64,000 bases of DNA from Phormidesmis sp. (GTDB taxonomy: Bacteria; Cyanobacteriota; Cyanobacteriia; Leptolyngbyales; Leptolyngbyaceae). Location: the NCBI GenBank assembly GCA_965248535.1, contig CBDFJR010000002.1, positions 544,001 through 608,000 on the forward strand, read 5' to 3'. This document shows positions 8,930 through 20,096 of the stretch, in pieces. How positions within the stretch are numbered: position 1 is the first letter of the stretch; every line of letters begins with the position of its first letter. The position numbers and the translations under genes were made by a program. The notes beneath the pieces are model-generated. The model had not been told where the DNA came from, ran no database searches, and saw nothing but the letters and a program-made list of their open reading frames with translations.

Positions 8930-10309
8930 CTATTTTCGGGTTTGACTCGCTAAGTTGATGCGATCGCCCAGTTGTTTTAACGTCTGCGCCATGCTGGGAT
9001 CGCTGGTCTTGAGTTGAGCAATTTTGTCGCAGCTATACATCACGGTGGTGTGATCTTTGCCCCCGAACTCTTCGCCGATTTTGGGCAAACTCAGTTCGGT
9101 GTGGTGGCGCATCAGATACATCCCGATTTGTCTGGCAACGCTGATTTCTCGGCGGCGAGAATTGCCTTTTAGGTCTTCGATCGGCACGTTAAAGGCATCG
9201 GCCACGGCCGTAATCACAGCTTCTGGCGAGGCTTCGACTTTCTCCACGGGGGGATTCAACACAGGTGCAATATTTTCGACGGTCATCGACAGACCCGAAA
9301 TCGAAATATAGGCCACCGCCCGAATCAGCGCGCCTTCTAGCTCTCGAATGTTTGAAGTGTAGCTAGAGGCAATGTATTCAATCACCGCTCGCGGCAGGCG
9401 CATATTTTCATATTCAGCTTTCTTTTGCAAAATCGCCATCCGCGTCTCTAGGTCGGGCGGCTGAATGTCGGCAATCAAGCCCATTGAGAAGCGCGAACAG
9501 AGCCGCTCTTGCAGTCGCGGAATTTGATTGGGCGGACGATCGGAGGCGATCACCACCTGTTTTCCAGCTTCGTGCAGGGTGTTGAAGGTGTGAAAAAACT
9601 CTTCTTGGGTATATTCTTTGCCTTCGATAAATTGAATGTCATCGACCAGCAGCACGTCAACGGCTCGATAAAGCTCTCGAAAGCTCTGCATACTGTCTTT
9701 GCGAATGGCTGAAATCAAATCGTTGGTAAACTGCTCCGTCGAGACGTAAAAGACTTTAGAACTAGCGCAGATTTCTAAACGGTAGTGCCCGATCGCTTGC
9801 ATCAAGTGAGTCTTGCCCAACCCAACGCCGCCGCAGAGAAAGAGCGGATTAAACTCCCGTCCGGGTGACTCTGCCACGGCCAGCGAGGCGGCGTGGGCCA
9901 TGCGATTATTGGGGCCAACCACCAGCCGAGAAAACACATATTTTTGGTTGAGATCAGAGTTTTGGGCCCGTTGCCCCGTCGGGATTTCGGGAATATTGAC
10001 CTCGATCGGGAGGGGATAATACATGTCGGCATCCCCCAGCAGGGCCCCATCGTCGCCCTGAGCGATCGTGATGTGAATCTCGATCGGGTGCCCCGCCACC
10101 TGCTCAACGACTTCGGTGATCGTCTTGATGTAGTATTTCTGAATCCAATTCTTCGCAAAGGGGTTGGGCGTGCGAATCACCAAACAGCCGTCTTCTAGCT
10201 GTTCGGGCACCGCAGTTTTAATCCAAGTCTCAAACGTGGGGCGACTAAGCTGAATTTGTAATCGCTCTAGGACTTGGGCCCAGAGACTTTCGACCATCGC
10301 AATTTCCAC
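8930..10309 (-). CDS. dnaA: Chromosomal replication initiator DnaA
   Basis: [45 protein letters not shown]. Confidence 0.99.
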   Translation of the reverse strand: MEIAMVESLWAQVLERLQIQLSRPTFETWIKTAVPEQLEDGCLVIRTPNPFAKNWIQKYYIKTITEVVEQVAGHPIEIHITIAQGDDGALLGDADMYYPLPIEVNIPEIPTGQRAQNSDLNQKYVFSRLVVGPNNRMAHAASLAVAESPGREFNPLFLCGGVGLGKTHLMQAIGHYRLEICASSKVFYVSTEQFTNDLISAIRKDSMQSFRELYRAVDVLLVDDIQFIEGKEYTQEEFFHTFNTLHEAGKQVVIASDRPPNQIPRLQERLCSRFSMGLIADIQPPDLETRMAILQKKAEYENMRLPRAVIEYIASSYTSNIRELEGALIRAVAYISISGLSMTVENIAPVLNPPVEKVEASPEAVITAVADAFNVPIEDLKGNSRRREISVARQIGMYLMRHHTELSLPKIGEEFGGKDHTTVMYSCDKIAQLKTSDPSMAQTLKQLGDRINLASQTRK

Positions 10310-10540
10310 GGTAAACCTCTAGCACTAACCATCGAATCAGTCTCTATCTCGAAAATCGCCCACCCCGGTCAGGGTAGAAGCGGATCAAAAGCATAGAACA
10401 ATTTACTCTATTTTTTTGTGGATTTTATGATCGCCACCAACAGCAATACAAATAGAGTCATCTCTGCGACTTCATCCCCTCAAATAGCGGATGAAGTTTA
10501 AGATCTAAAGTGATAACAGTCAAAAAACTTGGAACTCTTG

Positions 10541-13222
10541 GTGAACAATTCCCCTCCCTCTTCTCGGCTTGACCTGAAAACGCTGTTTCCGTTTGAGCTA
10601 GATGACTTTCAGCTACAGGCGATCGCGGCTTTAGAAGCAGACAAGTCGGTGGTGGTCTGTGCACCTACAGGCTCTGGGAAAACTCTGATCGGCGAATATG
10701 CCATTCATCGCGCTTTGGCAGATGGGCGCAGGGTGCTCTACACCACGCCCCTCAAAGCCCTGTCTAACCAAAAGCTGCGGGATTTTCGCAACCAGTTTGG
10801 AGCCGATCGGGTCGGTCTGCTGACGGGCGATGTCTCGGTCAACCGCGAGGCTCCGATTTTGGTGATGACGACCGAAATCTTTCGCAATATGCTCTATGGC
10901 ACCCCGATCGGAGAAGTCGGCACCTCGCTCACGGGCGTAGAAGCCGTGGTGCTTGACGAATGTCATTATATGAACGATCGCCAGCGCGGCACCGTTTGGG
11001 AAGAGTCGATTATTTACTGCCCGGCTGAAATTCAACTCGTGGCGCTCTCTGCAACGGTGGCTAACAGCGACCAGCTAACGGATTGGATTGATCAAGTCCA
11101 CGGCCCTACCGAGCTAATTTACTCTACCTATCGTCCGGTTCCGCTTCACTTCTCGTTTTGCAACCCCAAAGGCTTGTTTCCCCTGCTGGACGACAATCAC
11201 ACCCAGATTAATCCGCGGCTCAAAATCAAGCGCAGTCAGCACCGCCCCAAAGGAGCTAACCAGCGTGGGGCCCCTCGACCCGAAGCGCCCCCGATCGCGT
11301 TCACCCTCAGCAAACTGCGCGAAAAGGATATGCTGCCTGCGATCTACTTCATCTTTAGTCGCAAGGGCTGCGATCAGGCGGTTACGAACTTGGGGGCGCT
11401 GTCGCTGGTGAATCCAGCCGAAGCCGCTCAACTCAAGGGGCTGATTGATGAGTTTCTCGATCGCAACCCCGATGCCGGACGGGTCGGCCAGGTCGAACCG
11501 CTCTATCGAGGCATTGCCGCTCACCACGCCGGAATTTTGCCCGCCTGGAAAGGTCTGGTGGAAGAATTATTTCAGCAGGGCTTGATCAAAGTGGTGTTTG
11601 CCACCGAAACTCTGGCTGCGGGGATCAATATGCCTGCGAGAACCACGGTGATCTCCAGCCTGTCTAAGCGCACTGATTTGGGGCATCGACTGCTCAACCC
11701 CTCCGAGTTTCTTCAGATGGCGGGTCGGGCAGGTCGGCGCGGCATGGACAAAGAGGGCTATGTGGTCACGGTTCAGACTCCCTTTGAGGGCGCAAAAGAA
11801 GCGGCCTATCTTGCCACCTCGGAGCCTGATCCCCTCGTGAGCCAGTTCACGCCTAGCTATGGCATGGTGTTGAATCTGCTGCAAACCCACACGATCGCAG
11901 AAGCCAAAGAGCTAGTCGAGCGCAGTTTTGGGCAATATCTATCCACTTTGTATCTGCGCCCTCAACAGCAGGAAATCGATCGCTGCAAAGCCGAACTGAG
12001 TCAGCTAGAAGCCCAAGTCGCCTCCGTAGACTGGAAACTGATGGCGCAATATGAGAAACTCCAAGAACGCTTGAAAGAAGAGCGGCGGTTATTAAAAACC
12101 CTGCAAAGTCAGGCAGACGAGATGCAATCAGGCGAACTGGCGATCGCGCTCTCCTTTGCGGTTGCCGGAACCCTCCTAATTCTCAAAGGCGATCATGTCC
12201 GCTTACCCAGCCCGCTCCCTGCCGTCTTGGTGATGAAGATTCAGGGCGCTGGGCAGTTTCCCTACCTCGTCTGTTTGGGTCAAAACAATCGCTGGTATAT
12301 CAGCACCGTGTCCGATGTGGTCAATCTCCGGGGTGACATTCCTCGCATTCGAGAAGTCGATGACTTGGTGCCGCCTTCTGAAATGCCGCCAAAACCGGGT
12401 CAGTCTCGCGGTGGCAACGAGCAGACAGCAGCGATCGCCCACCGTATTCCCAACGCGCCTGGTTTGGAAGATGACCACCCCGAAGTCTATGCCCAGTTTC
12501 AGCGCACGGCAGCTATCGAAGCCCAAATTGCGGCTCATCCCGTCAGTCAGTGGGGCGATCGCAGCTATCTGCTCAAACGTCAAAAGCGGATCGAAACTCT
12601 CAGAGCAGAGGTGCGCGATCGCCAAGGCAAACTAGAGCAACAAACCCAGCGCCACTGGGAAGAATTCATGAATCTGATTGAGATCCTGCAACACTTTGGC
12701 TGTCTTGAAGGGTTGATCCCGACTCCGCTGGGTCAAGCCACAGCCGCCATTCGAGGCGATAACGAACTCTGGCTAGGACTAGCCATCATGTCAGGCGAAT
12801 TTGACTCGCTCGACCCCCACCATCTAGCCGCCGCCTGCGCCGCCCTCGTCACCGAAGTCTCGCGCCCCGATAGCTGGACTCGTTATGACATCTCAAACGA
12901 AGTCGAAGAGGCTCTGGGCGGGCTGCGAAACATTCGTCGTCAACTCTTTCAGGTGCAGCGACGGCACCAGGTGACACTGCCCGTGTGGTTAGAGGGAGAA
13001 CTGATCGGCTTGATCGAACAATGGGCACTCGGTATTGAATGGGTAGAGCTTTGTGAAAACACTAGCCTCGACGAAGGTGACGTAGTGCGAATCCTGCGAC
13101 GAACCCTGGATTTTCTCTCTCAGATTCCTCACATTCCTCACGCCTCAAAACTGCTTAAGACCAACGCCAATCGAGCCATCCAACTGATCGATCGCTTCCC
13201 TGTTAATGAAGGAGTTGAATAG
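10541..13222 (+). CDS. Ski2/HelY-like DEAD/DEAH-box RNA helicase
   Basis: APTGSGKT, TPLKALSNQK, DECH, ATETLAAGINMPA, QMAGRAGRRG, C-terminal DSHCT-like EGDVVR; start 10529 (TTG) or 10541 (GTG). Confidence 0.93.
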   Translation: MNNSPPSSRLDLKTLFPFELDDFQLQAIAALEADKSVVVCAPTGSGKTLIGEYAIHRALADGRRVLYTTPLKALSNQKLRDFRNQFGADRVGLLTGDVSVNREAPILVMTTEIFRNMLYGTPIGEVGTSLTGVEAVVLDECHYMNDRQRGTVWEESIIYCPAEIQLVALSATVANSDQLTDWIDQVHGPTELIYSTYRPVPLHFSFCNPKGLFPLLDDNHTQINPRLKIKRSQHRPKGANQRGAPRPEAPPIAFTLSKLREKDMLPAIYFIFSRKGCDQAVTNLGALSLVNPAEAAQLKGLIDEFLDRNPDAGRVGQVEPLYRGIAAHHAGILPAWKGLVEELFQQGLIKVVFATETLAAGINMPARTTVISSLSKRTDLGHRLLNPSEFLQMAGRAGRRGMDKEGYVVTVQTPFEGAKEAAYLATSEPDPLVSQFTPSYGMVLNLLQTHTIAEAKELVERSFGQYLSTLYLRPQQQEIDRCKAELSQLEAQVASVDWKLMAQYEKLQERLKEERRLLKTLQSQADEMQSGELAIALSFAVAGTLLILKGDHVRLPSPLPAVLVMKIQGAGQFPYLVCLGQNNRWYISTVSDVVNLRGDIPRIREVDDLVPPSEMPPKPGQSRGGNEQTAAIAHRIPNAPGLEDDHPEVYAQFQRTAAIEAQIAAHPVSQWGDRSYLLKRQKRIETLRAEVRDRQGKLEQQTQRHWEEFMNLIEILQHFGCLEGLIPTPLGQATAAIRGDNELWLGLAIMSGEFDSLDPHHLAAACAALVTEVSRPDSWTRYDISNEVEEALGGLRNIRRQLFQVQRRHQVTLPVWLEGELIGLIEQWALGIEWVELCENTSLDEGDVVRILRRTLDFLSQIPHIPHASKLLKTNANRAIQLIDRFPVNEGVE

Positions 13223-13620
13223 CAGACTGCCCGATCGCAGGTGTGCCGCTTCACAAAGGCGCGCTTGCCTCTACGGTGACTTAATAAACGAGACCCTCAT
13301 TTGAAGGCGATCTCCGTAATCTCAACGAGACGATCGTGCCTTCACAGTCTAGTGCCGACCTTGCAGAAATCAACCTCCATCGCTCAACCGTCCCCTGACA
13401 AAACATTTCAGAAATTTTGGACGTTGGCATCCATCTTTGTAGGTAATTTCCAATCTCAGTAAAACGCCTGATTGCTTCATGAAGACATTTCTCCATACTG
13501 GATACCAGAGCGCATAAAGCCGTTTAGCGCGGTTTAGCACTGGATAAATTTCTAAGATTTCTGCGAATATCTTGGCTCTATTCATACTTTTATTGTTCAC
13601 TTTCGTAGGGTTTTTCCGCC

Positions 13621-14644
13621 GTGAATGACCTTGATCTAGATCGACCTAGAGTTCTTGTCGTCGATGACCACCCCTCTAGCCGAATGACTGCCGTTGCTCT
13701 CTTGTCGGTCGAGGGCTATGACGTGATCGAGGCAGAAGGCGGTGCGGCTGCGCTAGCACAAGTTCTTGAAACCAACCCTGATCTGATTTTGCTCGATGTA
13801 ATGATGCCCGGCATGGATGGCTATGAAGTGTGTCGCCGCCTCAAAGCCGATGATCAGACTCGGTTAACGCCCGTTGTGTTTATCACAGCACTCGACGATC
13901 GCCGCGCCCGTCTGCGAGGCATTGAGGCTGGGGGAGACGATTTTTTAACCAAGCCGTTTGATCAGCTAGAGCTTTCGGCCAGAGTCAAATCTCTGATTCG
14001 TCAAAAGCGATTAAACGAAGACTTAGACCACGCTGAGAAAGTGTTGTTCTCGATCGCCCGCACCGTTGAGAGCCGCGACCCCAACACCGGAGATCACTGC
14101 GAACGGTTGGTCTCGCAGGGTAAAGCCTTCGGTGAACACTTAGGGCTGTCTCGCCCCGAAATTCGCGATCTGATGTGGGGCGGCTATTTGCATGATATTG
14201 GCAAGGTCGGCATCCCCGATGCGGTGTTGCTCAAACGGGGGAAACTAACCGCTGACGAGTGGCAGATTATGCAGCAACATGTCTTGATCGGTGAGCAGAT
14301 CTGTCTCCCTTTGAGAACGATGCGCGGGGTCGTGCCCCTTATTCGGCATCACCACGAACGCTGGGACGGGTCGGGTTATCCCGATGGGTTGATCAAGAAA
14401 TGCGATTCCTTATTTAGCTCAAGTCTTTCAAGCGATCGATATTTATGATGCCCTCACGAGTGAACGCCCTTATAAAAGAGCGTTTTCATCTCATGAAGCA
14501 TTAAATTTAATGGCTGAGGAAACCGCTAAAGGATGGCGCAACCCTGAACTGATTGCACAGTTTAGCTCGTTTATTCAAACGACTGAAATTAAGGAAGGGG
14601 CTTTGAGTCGTTGGTTCACTAAATATGTGAATAGTGCCCATTGA
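13621..14644 (+). CDS. Response regulator with HD-GYP phosphodiesterase domain (RpfG-like); apparent +1 frameshift near 14395-14400
   Basis: REC (VVDD, LLDVMMP, FLTKPF) plus LHDIGK, HHERWDGSGYPDGL. The next frame continues AIPYLAQVFQAIDIYDALTSERPYK...GWRNPELI to TGA 14642-14644. Confidence 0.85.
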
Positions 14645-14710
14645 GTGATTGGGAATAATATTAGTCTTTCGTGATCAGATGCTCTAGAGGCTTTTGTCGC
14701 GATCGTAGAT

Positions 14711-14900
14711 TCATTCAGTCCCAAAAAAGGTGCGAAGTTCTGCGTCACTGATTTGCAGAGCATCGGGAAGGTCGATCGTGATTTGCATGGTGATTCTCCT
14801 GCTATTTCACATCTTCGCTGACATCTTTGAGGAATGCGATGGCTCCCTTGCCCAATATATTGTTCTCGGCGAAATGCTTCCCAACGGTTAATGCTGCCTT
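14711..14900 (-). pseudogene. Remnant duplicate: 3' end of a NACHT-type gene plus truncated antitoxin start
   Basis: Minus strand reads KAALTVGKHFAENNILGKGAIAFLKDVSEDVK* (stop 14802-14804), then MQITIDLPDALQISDAELRTFFGTE* (14788-14711); paralogous to about 15495-15670. Confidence 0.8.
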
Positions 14901-14908
14901 GTGACACA

Positions 14909-15259
14909 TTAGGTCTGGTTGAAGTGATCAATGATTGCTCGAATTTCACTAGCGGTTAGAGCGCTTTCATCTGACTTTGAGTAAATAGTGACTAGCAAAA
15001 CGCTTGCATTGTCTCTCATCTGATAAATGACGCGATAACCTGCACTTTTGCCTTTCTTAATGTCGCTATTTTTCAACCGAACCTTAAAGGCTGCGTAATT
15101 AGTCCCAGAAATCTGCTCTCCAAGGAAATTGCCATTTTGAAGCTCGTCCAAGAGAGGCTGGAGATCTAAACGTAGAGTGCGATATCGTTTTGCAAGTTTA
15201 CGAAGTTGAGACTTAAAATCAGGTGAAGCCAGTATTTGAATCAACTCGTGATCAGACAT
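14909..15259 (-). CDS. Type II TA toxin, RelE/ParE family
   Basis: FKSQLRKLAKRYR...FKVRLKNSDIKKGKSAGYRVIY...IYSKSD; start overlaps the upstream antitoxin stop. Confidence 0.85.
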   Translation of the reverse strand: MSDHELIQILASPDFKSQLRKLAKRYRTLRLDLQPLLDELQNGNFLGEQISGTNYAAFKVRLKNSDIKKGKSAGYRVIYQMRDNASVLLVTIYSKSDESALTASEIRAIIDHFNQT

Positions 15260-15554
15260 CAATGCCATCCCAAAGCTCAGAGATAGGAAAGACCCTTCCC
15301 TCTTTGATGTCCTGGAGGGAGATGCGAAGATGCGCCAGAATCAGTTCATCGGGGTCGTTGTCTGGATTGCTGGGTCGAGTGAGAATCTGGCGATCGACTA
15401 GGCACTCGTAAAAGTCGTCAACGTCCATTTGAGCGAGTTGGGCGGCTTGCTCAATCAGAATATTCTTCTGTTGAAATAGAGCGATCGCGAGTTCGGTGCG
15501 GAGGTCTGCTTCACTGATTTGCAGAGCGTCGGGAAGGTCGATCGTGATTTGCAT
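15252..15554 (-). CDS. Putative antitoxin (UPF0175-like N-terminus)
   Basis: MQITIDLPD...ELAIALFQQ...QAAQLA, acidic C-terminus EGRVFPISELWDGID; coupled to the RelE gene. Confidence 0.75.
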   Translation of the reverse strand: MQITIDLPDALQISEADLRTELAIALFQQKNILIEQAAQLAQMDVDDFYECLVDRQILTRPSNPDNDPDELILAHLRISLQDIKEGRVFPISELWDGIDV

Positions 15555-15571
15555 GGTGATTCTTCCAGTTT

Positions 15572-18079
15572 TTATTTCACATCTTCGCTTACACCTTCGA
15601 GGAATGCCACCAAGCCTTTACCCCAGGGATTTTCTTGAGCATAGTGTTCGCCTACTTTTACGGCTGCTTTTTTGCCACCGTTCCAGAGCCGTTTAACATT
15701 CATCAGATCTTGCCATTGGGGAAGTTGTTTAGCTTGGATATCTTTAAACTCAGCATCAATGATCTGGAGCGCCTGCTGCTCGTCTTGGACAAAGCTGTAT
15801 TTCTGTTCCAATGCTCGGATGATTTGCACCACACTGTTAAGGGCAGCTTCGGAAGAAGACTGCTGAGTATTTTGGACGTTTTGAATCACTTTGGGGTTGC
15901 TGCCTCCTGCGGCATAGTTGACCCCGATTGTGGGATTGTGCTGATGAAAAATGGGTGCTTGTTCAGACATGAGCGTAAGCTTCTCCACAATGTATGTATT
16001 GACATTAGCATCCGGACTTAAAGTTGATCGCTCAGTCGTGTGTGGCGCTAGTTTCTGCTGAGCGATCTCATAGTTGTAGAACTGGCATCTGACTTGAATT
16101 TTAGAAATGGTAGAACAATACTCCCAACTAGTCTTTATTTCCAACTGTAGCTCCCGAAGAATAGTAAAGTACTCACCGCTTCCTCGGCTGCTTAGGTGAT
16201 AAGCAGCGGTCTCACGAACAACCTTTTTCTCATGTCTCAGAAATTGGATTAGCTCAGGGACAGATTTCTTTCCCCATTGTTCTTCTACTGTTTCAAACTT
16301 GTCAATTAAGGTAGCCCATAAAGTTTCTACATAGATTGGTTTACTCTTCAAATTCTTTAATAAGTCAGAAATCTCATGTTCCTTTGCTTGAACACCTAGT
16401 TTATTCACAGCCTTTAACGTCCCCAAAGCCCATAAATAGAAATCCTCCTCGAAGTATTCTGTCTTTGTACAGGCAATTATTTTTGAGATGGCTGGCAGCA
16501 TTTTCGATGCAGCTAATTGTCTATCTATTTTGATAAGTGAAAGGATAATATCTCTATAAATGCTAATATCTTCGCCTTCTAGCAACTTAAGCAACTCAGG
16601 AGCAGCATTCTTCGATAGCGTTTCCCCCAAGAGCTGCATCTTCAACCACTCAGGTACATCTAGCGTACCTAATATACCGACAGTCTGTTGTTGAAATCGC
16701 GGCTTCACCGCTCCCGCCAACCGTGCTCCTAATATCCAATCCACATCTAGGGATAACTTCACTACCCGCAATGCCTGGGTTTCATCTTCCAGTAAGGATA
16801 GCATTATCGAGATCGCCTCTGTCCACTTCAAATAATTCAAATAAAAATACTGCAAGCGTTTGCCATCCATCACATCTGGATGTTTGTTTGTAAGCATTAC
16901 CAGCAAAACTTCTGCTGCGTAATACTCTTGAAATAGCTGATGATGAAACTCAATCTTTTTTGGGTCTGCTGCTGTTTGTAGCAAATGATGATTGAGTAAA
17001 TCTTTCAGCCAAAGTTTTGCCTTTGTTGGGGCATCGATTAATCCTCTCTCAGTGAGCCATTTTTCTAAAATGCGTTCTGCCTGATCTTTTGGCAACGTAA
17101 GCCATGCTTCAGTTGGCTTCTGAGCATCCGCTTGAATCATGGTAAATGCTAAGTGTTGCAAAACCTCTGACTTAAATTCCCAGAAGTTTTCTGAAACAGG
17201 AACTGCCTGAATATCTTTTTTGATGTGTTGATAATCACGATCGAATCTCTGAAACAATTCACCCTTACTTTGGGGAATCTGCTGCGTGTCGGGATCGAAG
17301 ACATCACAGAGCATTTTCAACAGCAGTGGGGTTTCTGCTAATTCTCGCAAGCGATCGTTTAGCTGCCTCAGCAATGTCTCCCCATACTCTGGCAAATACT
17401 TCTGCACAAACTCTCGCATTTGAGGGTTGGTCAAGGGTCGCATTTCCAGCCGTTTCTCAATTCCCAAGTCGCCCCCGATCGCCAAATCTCGTGTCGTGAA
17501 GATCATCGGTGTCGTGAGATTGTCGTCTCGAAACTCCTGTAATTTCTCTCTCAACAGTTCCGAAGGAATTTCGTTAATGCCATCAAGCAGCAGCACTAGC
17601 TTATCTTCCAGCAGCCAATCGTCAATCTGCTCAACAGTGACTCTCATCTTGGCACGGCGGAATTCAGCAACAATAAGTTCGAGGAGAGGGCGATCGCTCT
17701 TCAACTGCACCAAAACCGGAATCGGCTGAGTATCATCAATCAACGCGGCAGCCGCCAGTTCTAGAAATATTTGCTTTAGCGTCGTCGATTTCCCCGAACC
17801 CGGTCGCCCTGCTAACAGTGTGTGTTCCCGTTTCTCACCTAGCGCATATTTGCGGAGTCCCACGATTACGGGGAACTGCTCGATTTGTTGATGCGGTATC
17901 TCTGATGTTTTGGGCTGTTTTGCTGTTTGCGCTTCCAGACACAATAAAGCATCCGTCGCGGTGTAGAGCGATCGCGGGTCACAATAACGGCGATCGCTGC
18001 AAACAAATCTCAGATAATCAGAAAAGTTAAGCACATCAAGGAAAAGGCAACTAAATGTCCTGTTCTCTATGTTACTCAA
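15572..18079 (-). CDS. NACHT-family NTPase with HEAT-like repeats (NLR-like)
   Basis: Walker A GRPGSGKST, Walker B LLLDGINE, TPLLL, FHHQLFQEYYAA, HEAT-like VVRETAAYHL; start codon uncertain. Confidence 0.85.
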   Translation of the reverse strand: MSNIENRTFSCLFLDVLNFSDYLRFVCSDRRYCDPRSLYTATDALLCLEAQTAKQPKTSEIPHQQIEQFPVIVGLRKYALGEKREHTLLAGRPGSGKSTTLKQIFLELAAAALIDDTQPIPVLVQLKSDRPLLELIVAEFRRAKMRVTVEQIDDWLLEDKLVLLLDGINEIPSELLREKLQEFRDDNLTTPMIFTTRDLAIGGDLGIEKRLEMRPLTNPQMREFVQKYLPEYGETLLRQLNDRLRELAETPLLLKMLCDVFDPDTQQIPQSKGELFQRFDRDYQHIKKDIQAVPVSENFWEFKSEVLQHLAFTMIQADAQKPTEAWLTLPKDQAERILEKWLTERGLIDAPTKAKLWLKDLLNHHLLQTAADPKKIEFHHQLFQEYYAAEVLLVMLTNKHPDVMDGKRLQYFYLNYLKWTEAISIMLSLLEDETQALRVVKLSLDVDWILGARLAGAVKPRFQQQTVGILGTLDVPEWLKMQLLGETLSKNAAPELLKLLEGEDISIYRDIILSLIKIDRQLAASKMLPAISKIIACTKTEYFEEDFYLWALGTLKAVNKLGVQAKEHEISDLLKNLKSKPIYVETLWATLIDKFETVEEQWGKKSVPELIQFLRHEKKVVRETAAYHLSSRGSGEYFTILRELQLEIKTSWEYCSTISKIQVRCQFYNYEIAQQKLAPHTTERSTLSPDANVNTYIVEKLTLMSEQAPIFHQHNPTIGVNYAAGGSNPKVIQNVQNTQQSSSEAALNSVVQIIRALEQKYSFVQDEQQALQIIDAEFKDIQAKQLPQWQDLMNVKRLWNGGKKAAVKVGEHYAQENPWGKGLVAFLEGVSEDVK

Positions 18080-18117
18080 AACTTTTCTAATTACCTAAAC
18101 TCAGATACTCACACCTC

Positions 18118-18541
18118 TTATAATCGTTCTGCTGCCAACAGTGCGGGCATTAACACCGCATCAATGACGTGAATCACACCGTTATCAGTGAGAATATCGG
18201 TTTGAGTAACCAGCGCATCATTGACATGAACCCCATTTTTTTGATCGACTGCAAGAATTGACCCTTCAACAGTGGGTGCCTCATCAATTTCAGCGAGGTC
18301 ATCCGATCGCACATCCCCAGACAAGAATGTGATAAGCCACCACTCGCTTGAGCTTGGCCGGATTGTCTAACAAATTGTGCCGCAGGTCTTCGGGCATTTT
18401 TGCAAACGCCTCATCAGTCGGTGCCAGCAGCGTGTAGGGCCCTGGTTGTTCCAAGGTTGGCTTTAATCCTGATTTCTCAACGGCTTCTAACAATTTTGTA
18501 AACGAGCCTGCATTCTTAGCGGTTTCTAAAAGACTTGCCAT
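18118..18541 (-). CDS. Fasciclin domain protein split by a 1-nt frameshift near 18325
   Basis: GPYTLLAPTDEAF...VAYHIL in one frame, SGDVRSDDL...NGVIHVIDAVLMP in the next. Confidence 0.85.
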
Positions 18542-18619
18542 TGTGAAATCCTTGCAAATTGCTTCCTATCTAGAGATAGAAGCCGTGACGAAGAATTTCA
18601 TCCTTCAAAGGACTGAAGA

Positions 18620-19933
18620 TTAACGGCCTAGCGTTAGTTCATCTTTGTTGCCCAAAATTCCCTGGGGTCGCCAGAGCATCAGCAAGATCAGCAGCAATCC
18701 GATCAGCATTATTCGCAGGGCACCAATTTGATCGGCCCCCAACGGCACAAACTGATCAAGCGATCGGGTCAGCGTGGTGTAACCCCAAAAAATCGCTGCG
18801 CCTAATAGAGTTCCGCCATTGCTTCCGGCTCCGCCCAGCACGACGATCGTCCAAGCGTTAAACGTCAGATCGGTTTCAAAGCTTCTGGGATAGATGGTGC
18901 TGAGTTGCCAGGCGAGAAATGCTCCTGCGATTCCGGCGATAAACCCGCCTAGCATAAAGGATTGCAGCTTGTAGGCGAAGACGTTTTTCCCCAAGGCTTT
19001 GGCGACTTGTTCATCTTCTCGAATTGCTTTAAGCACCCGTCCCCACGGCGATCGTACCAACCGTTCTAAAGCCCAAAACGTCACGGCTAGGGTGATCACC
19101 GCCAAAAACATCAGTCCATTGCGAGCCGGATTTTCACTGTAGTTATAGAGGGCAAGGGCGCTGACGACATAGAGACAGCCTCCGAAAAGAGAGAGGGCGA
19201 TCGTGGATAACAAAACCGCTCCCGCTTCCCAGGCAGGCAGTTTAGGTAGAGTACGCCGAGCAACCCACTGATAGAGCCAGATGACTGCGGCTAGAGACGC
19301 GATCAGCAAAACGCCCTGTAGCCCTGCTGGTAGAACCTTGGAGACTTTTAGCCCCTGAAAAATGATGCCAATGCCCACTAGAATCAGGGCTAAGGAGCTT
19401 GAGTAAGCGCCTAAAACCAGACTATTTTTAGCGAGAAGCGCGGGGTCTACCCGTTTTGTCTGCCGTCGGGCCCACTGCCAGAGACTGCGAAGGGCTAGCC
19501 CTGCGATCGCCGTGATTACCGCAATCATGCCCCAGCGAGTCAAAATCGTGGGTCGGGTCAGACTTGCTAGAGGCAGCGAATAGCCCTGTACGCCGAAAGA
19601 GCCGCGAGTCAGCCATTCTTCATTTAGCGCCACTAATCGGACGACCTCAGACACGCCAATGGTGACGATCGCTAAATAATCTTCTCGCAGGCGCAGAGTC
19701 GAAAAGCCGATCAGCAACCCCAGCAGGGCTGCCACGGCTCCGCCCGCTAACACGGCCCAGATCATCGGCACCCCGTTTAAACTCAGCAGCACCGTGGTGT
19801 AGGCTCCAAGGGCCAAAAATGCCGCGTGCCCAAAGTTGATCAACCCCGTAAACCCCCAGTGCAGATTTAAACCGAGGCTAAACAGGGCGTAGACTGCCGT
19901 GAAAACAATGAGCGAGACGAGATAGCCGACCAT
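18620..19933 (-). CDS. Branched-chain/neutral amino acid ABC transporter permease (LivM/NatC-like)
   Basis: GLNLHWGFTGLINFGH, LRLREDYLAIVTIG, SPWGRVLKAIREDE, RPQGILG. Confidence 0.92.
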   Translation of the reverse strand: MVGYLVSLIVFTAVYALFSLGLNLHWGFTGLINFGHAAFLALGAYTTVLLSLNGVPMIWAVLAGGAVAALLGLLIGFSTLRLREDYLAIVTIGVSEVVRLVALNEEWLTRGSFGVQGYSLPLASLTRPTILTRWGMIAVITAIAGLALRSLWQWARRQTKRVDPALLAKNSLVLGAYSSSLALILVGIGIIFQGLKVSKVLPAGLQGVLLIASLAAVIWLYQWVARRTLPKLPAWEAGAVLLSTIALSLFGGCLYVVSALALYNYSENPARNGLMFLAVITLAVTFWALERLVRSPWGRVLKAIREDEQVAKALGKNVFAYKLQSFMLGGFIAGIAGAFLAWQLSTIYPRSFETDLTFNAWTIVVLGGAGSNGGTLLGAAIFWGYTTLTRSLDQFVPLGADQIGALRIMLIGLLLILLMLWRPQGILGNKDELTLGR

Positions 19934-20096
19934 AGAAAAGGGAATGCAGAAGTAACTGAAATCCTACCGCACCGAGGCACACAATCCGTAGCGGTTGCGA
20001 CGGTTGTCCTCTTTTGTGACCGCGATTTCTGAGCCAAAACTGGGCACTCTCAAACTATTAGAACTGCCTCTTGTGGTTTCAGTGGGGTTGTATCTC

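Noticed and set aside
10417..10425. DnaA box in the dnaA promoter (TGTGGATTT)
   Set aside because: Three mismatches to the local TTTTCCACA consensus, single copy.
14575..14949. 124-aa minus-strand ORF
   Set aside because: Off-frame read through the duplicated remnant and antisense to the HD-GYP tail.
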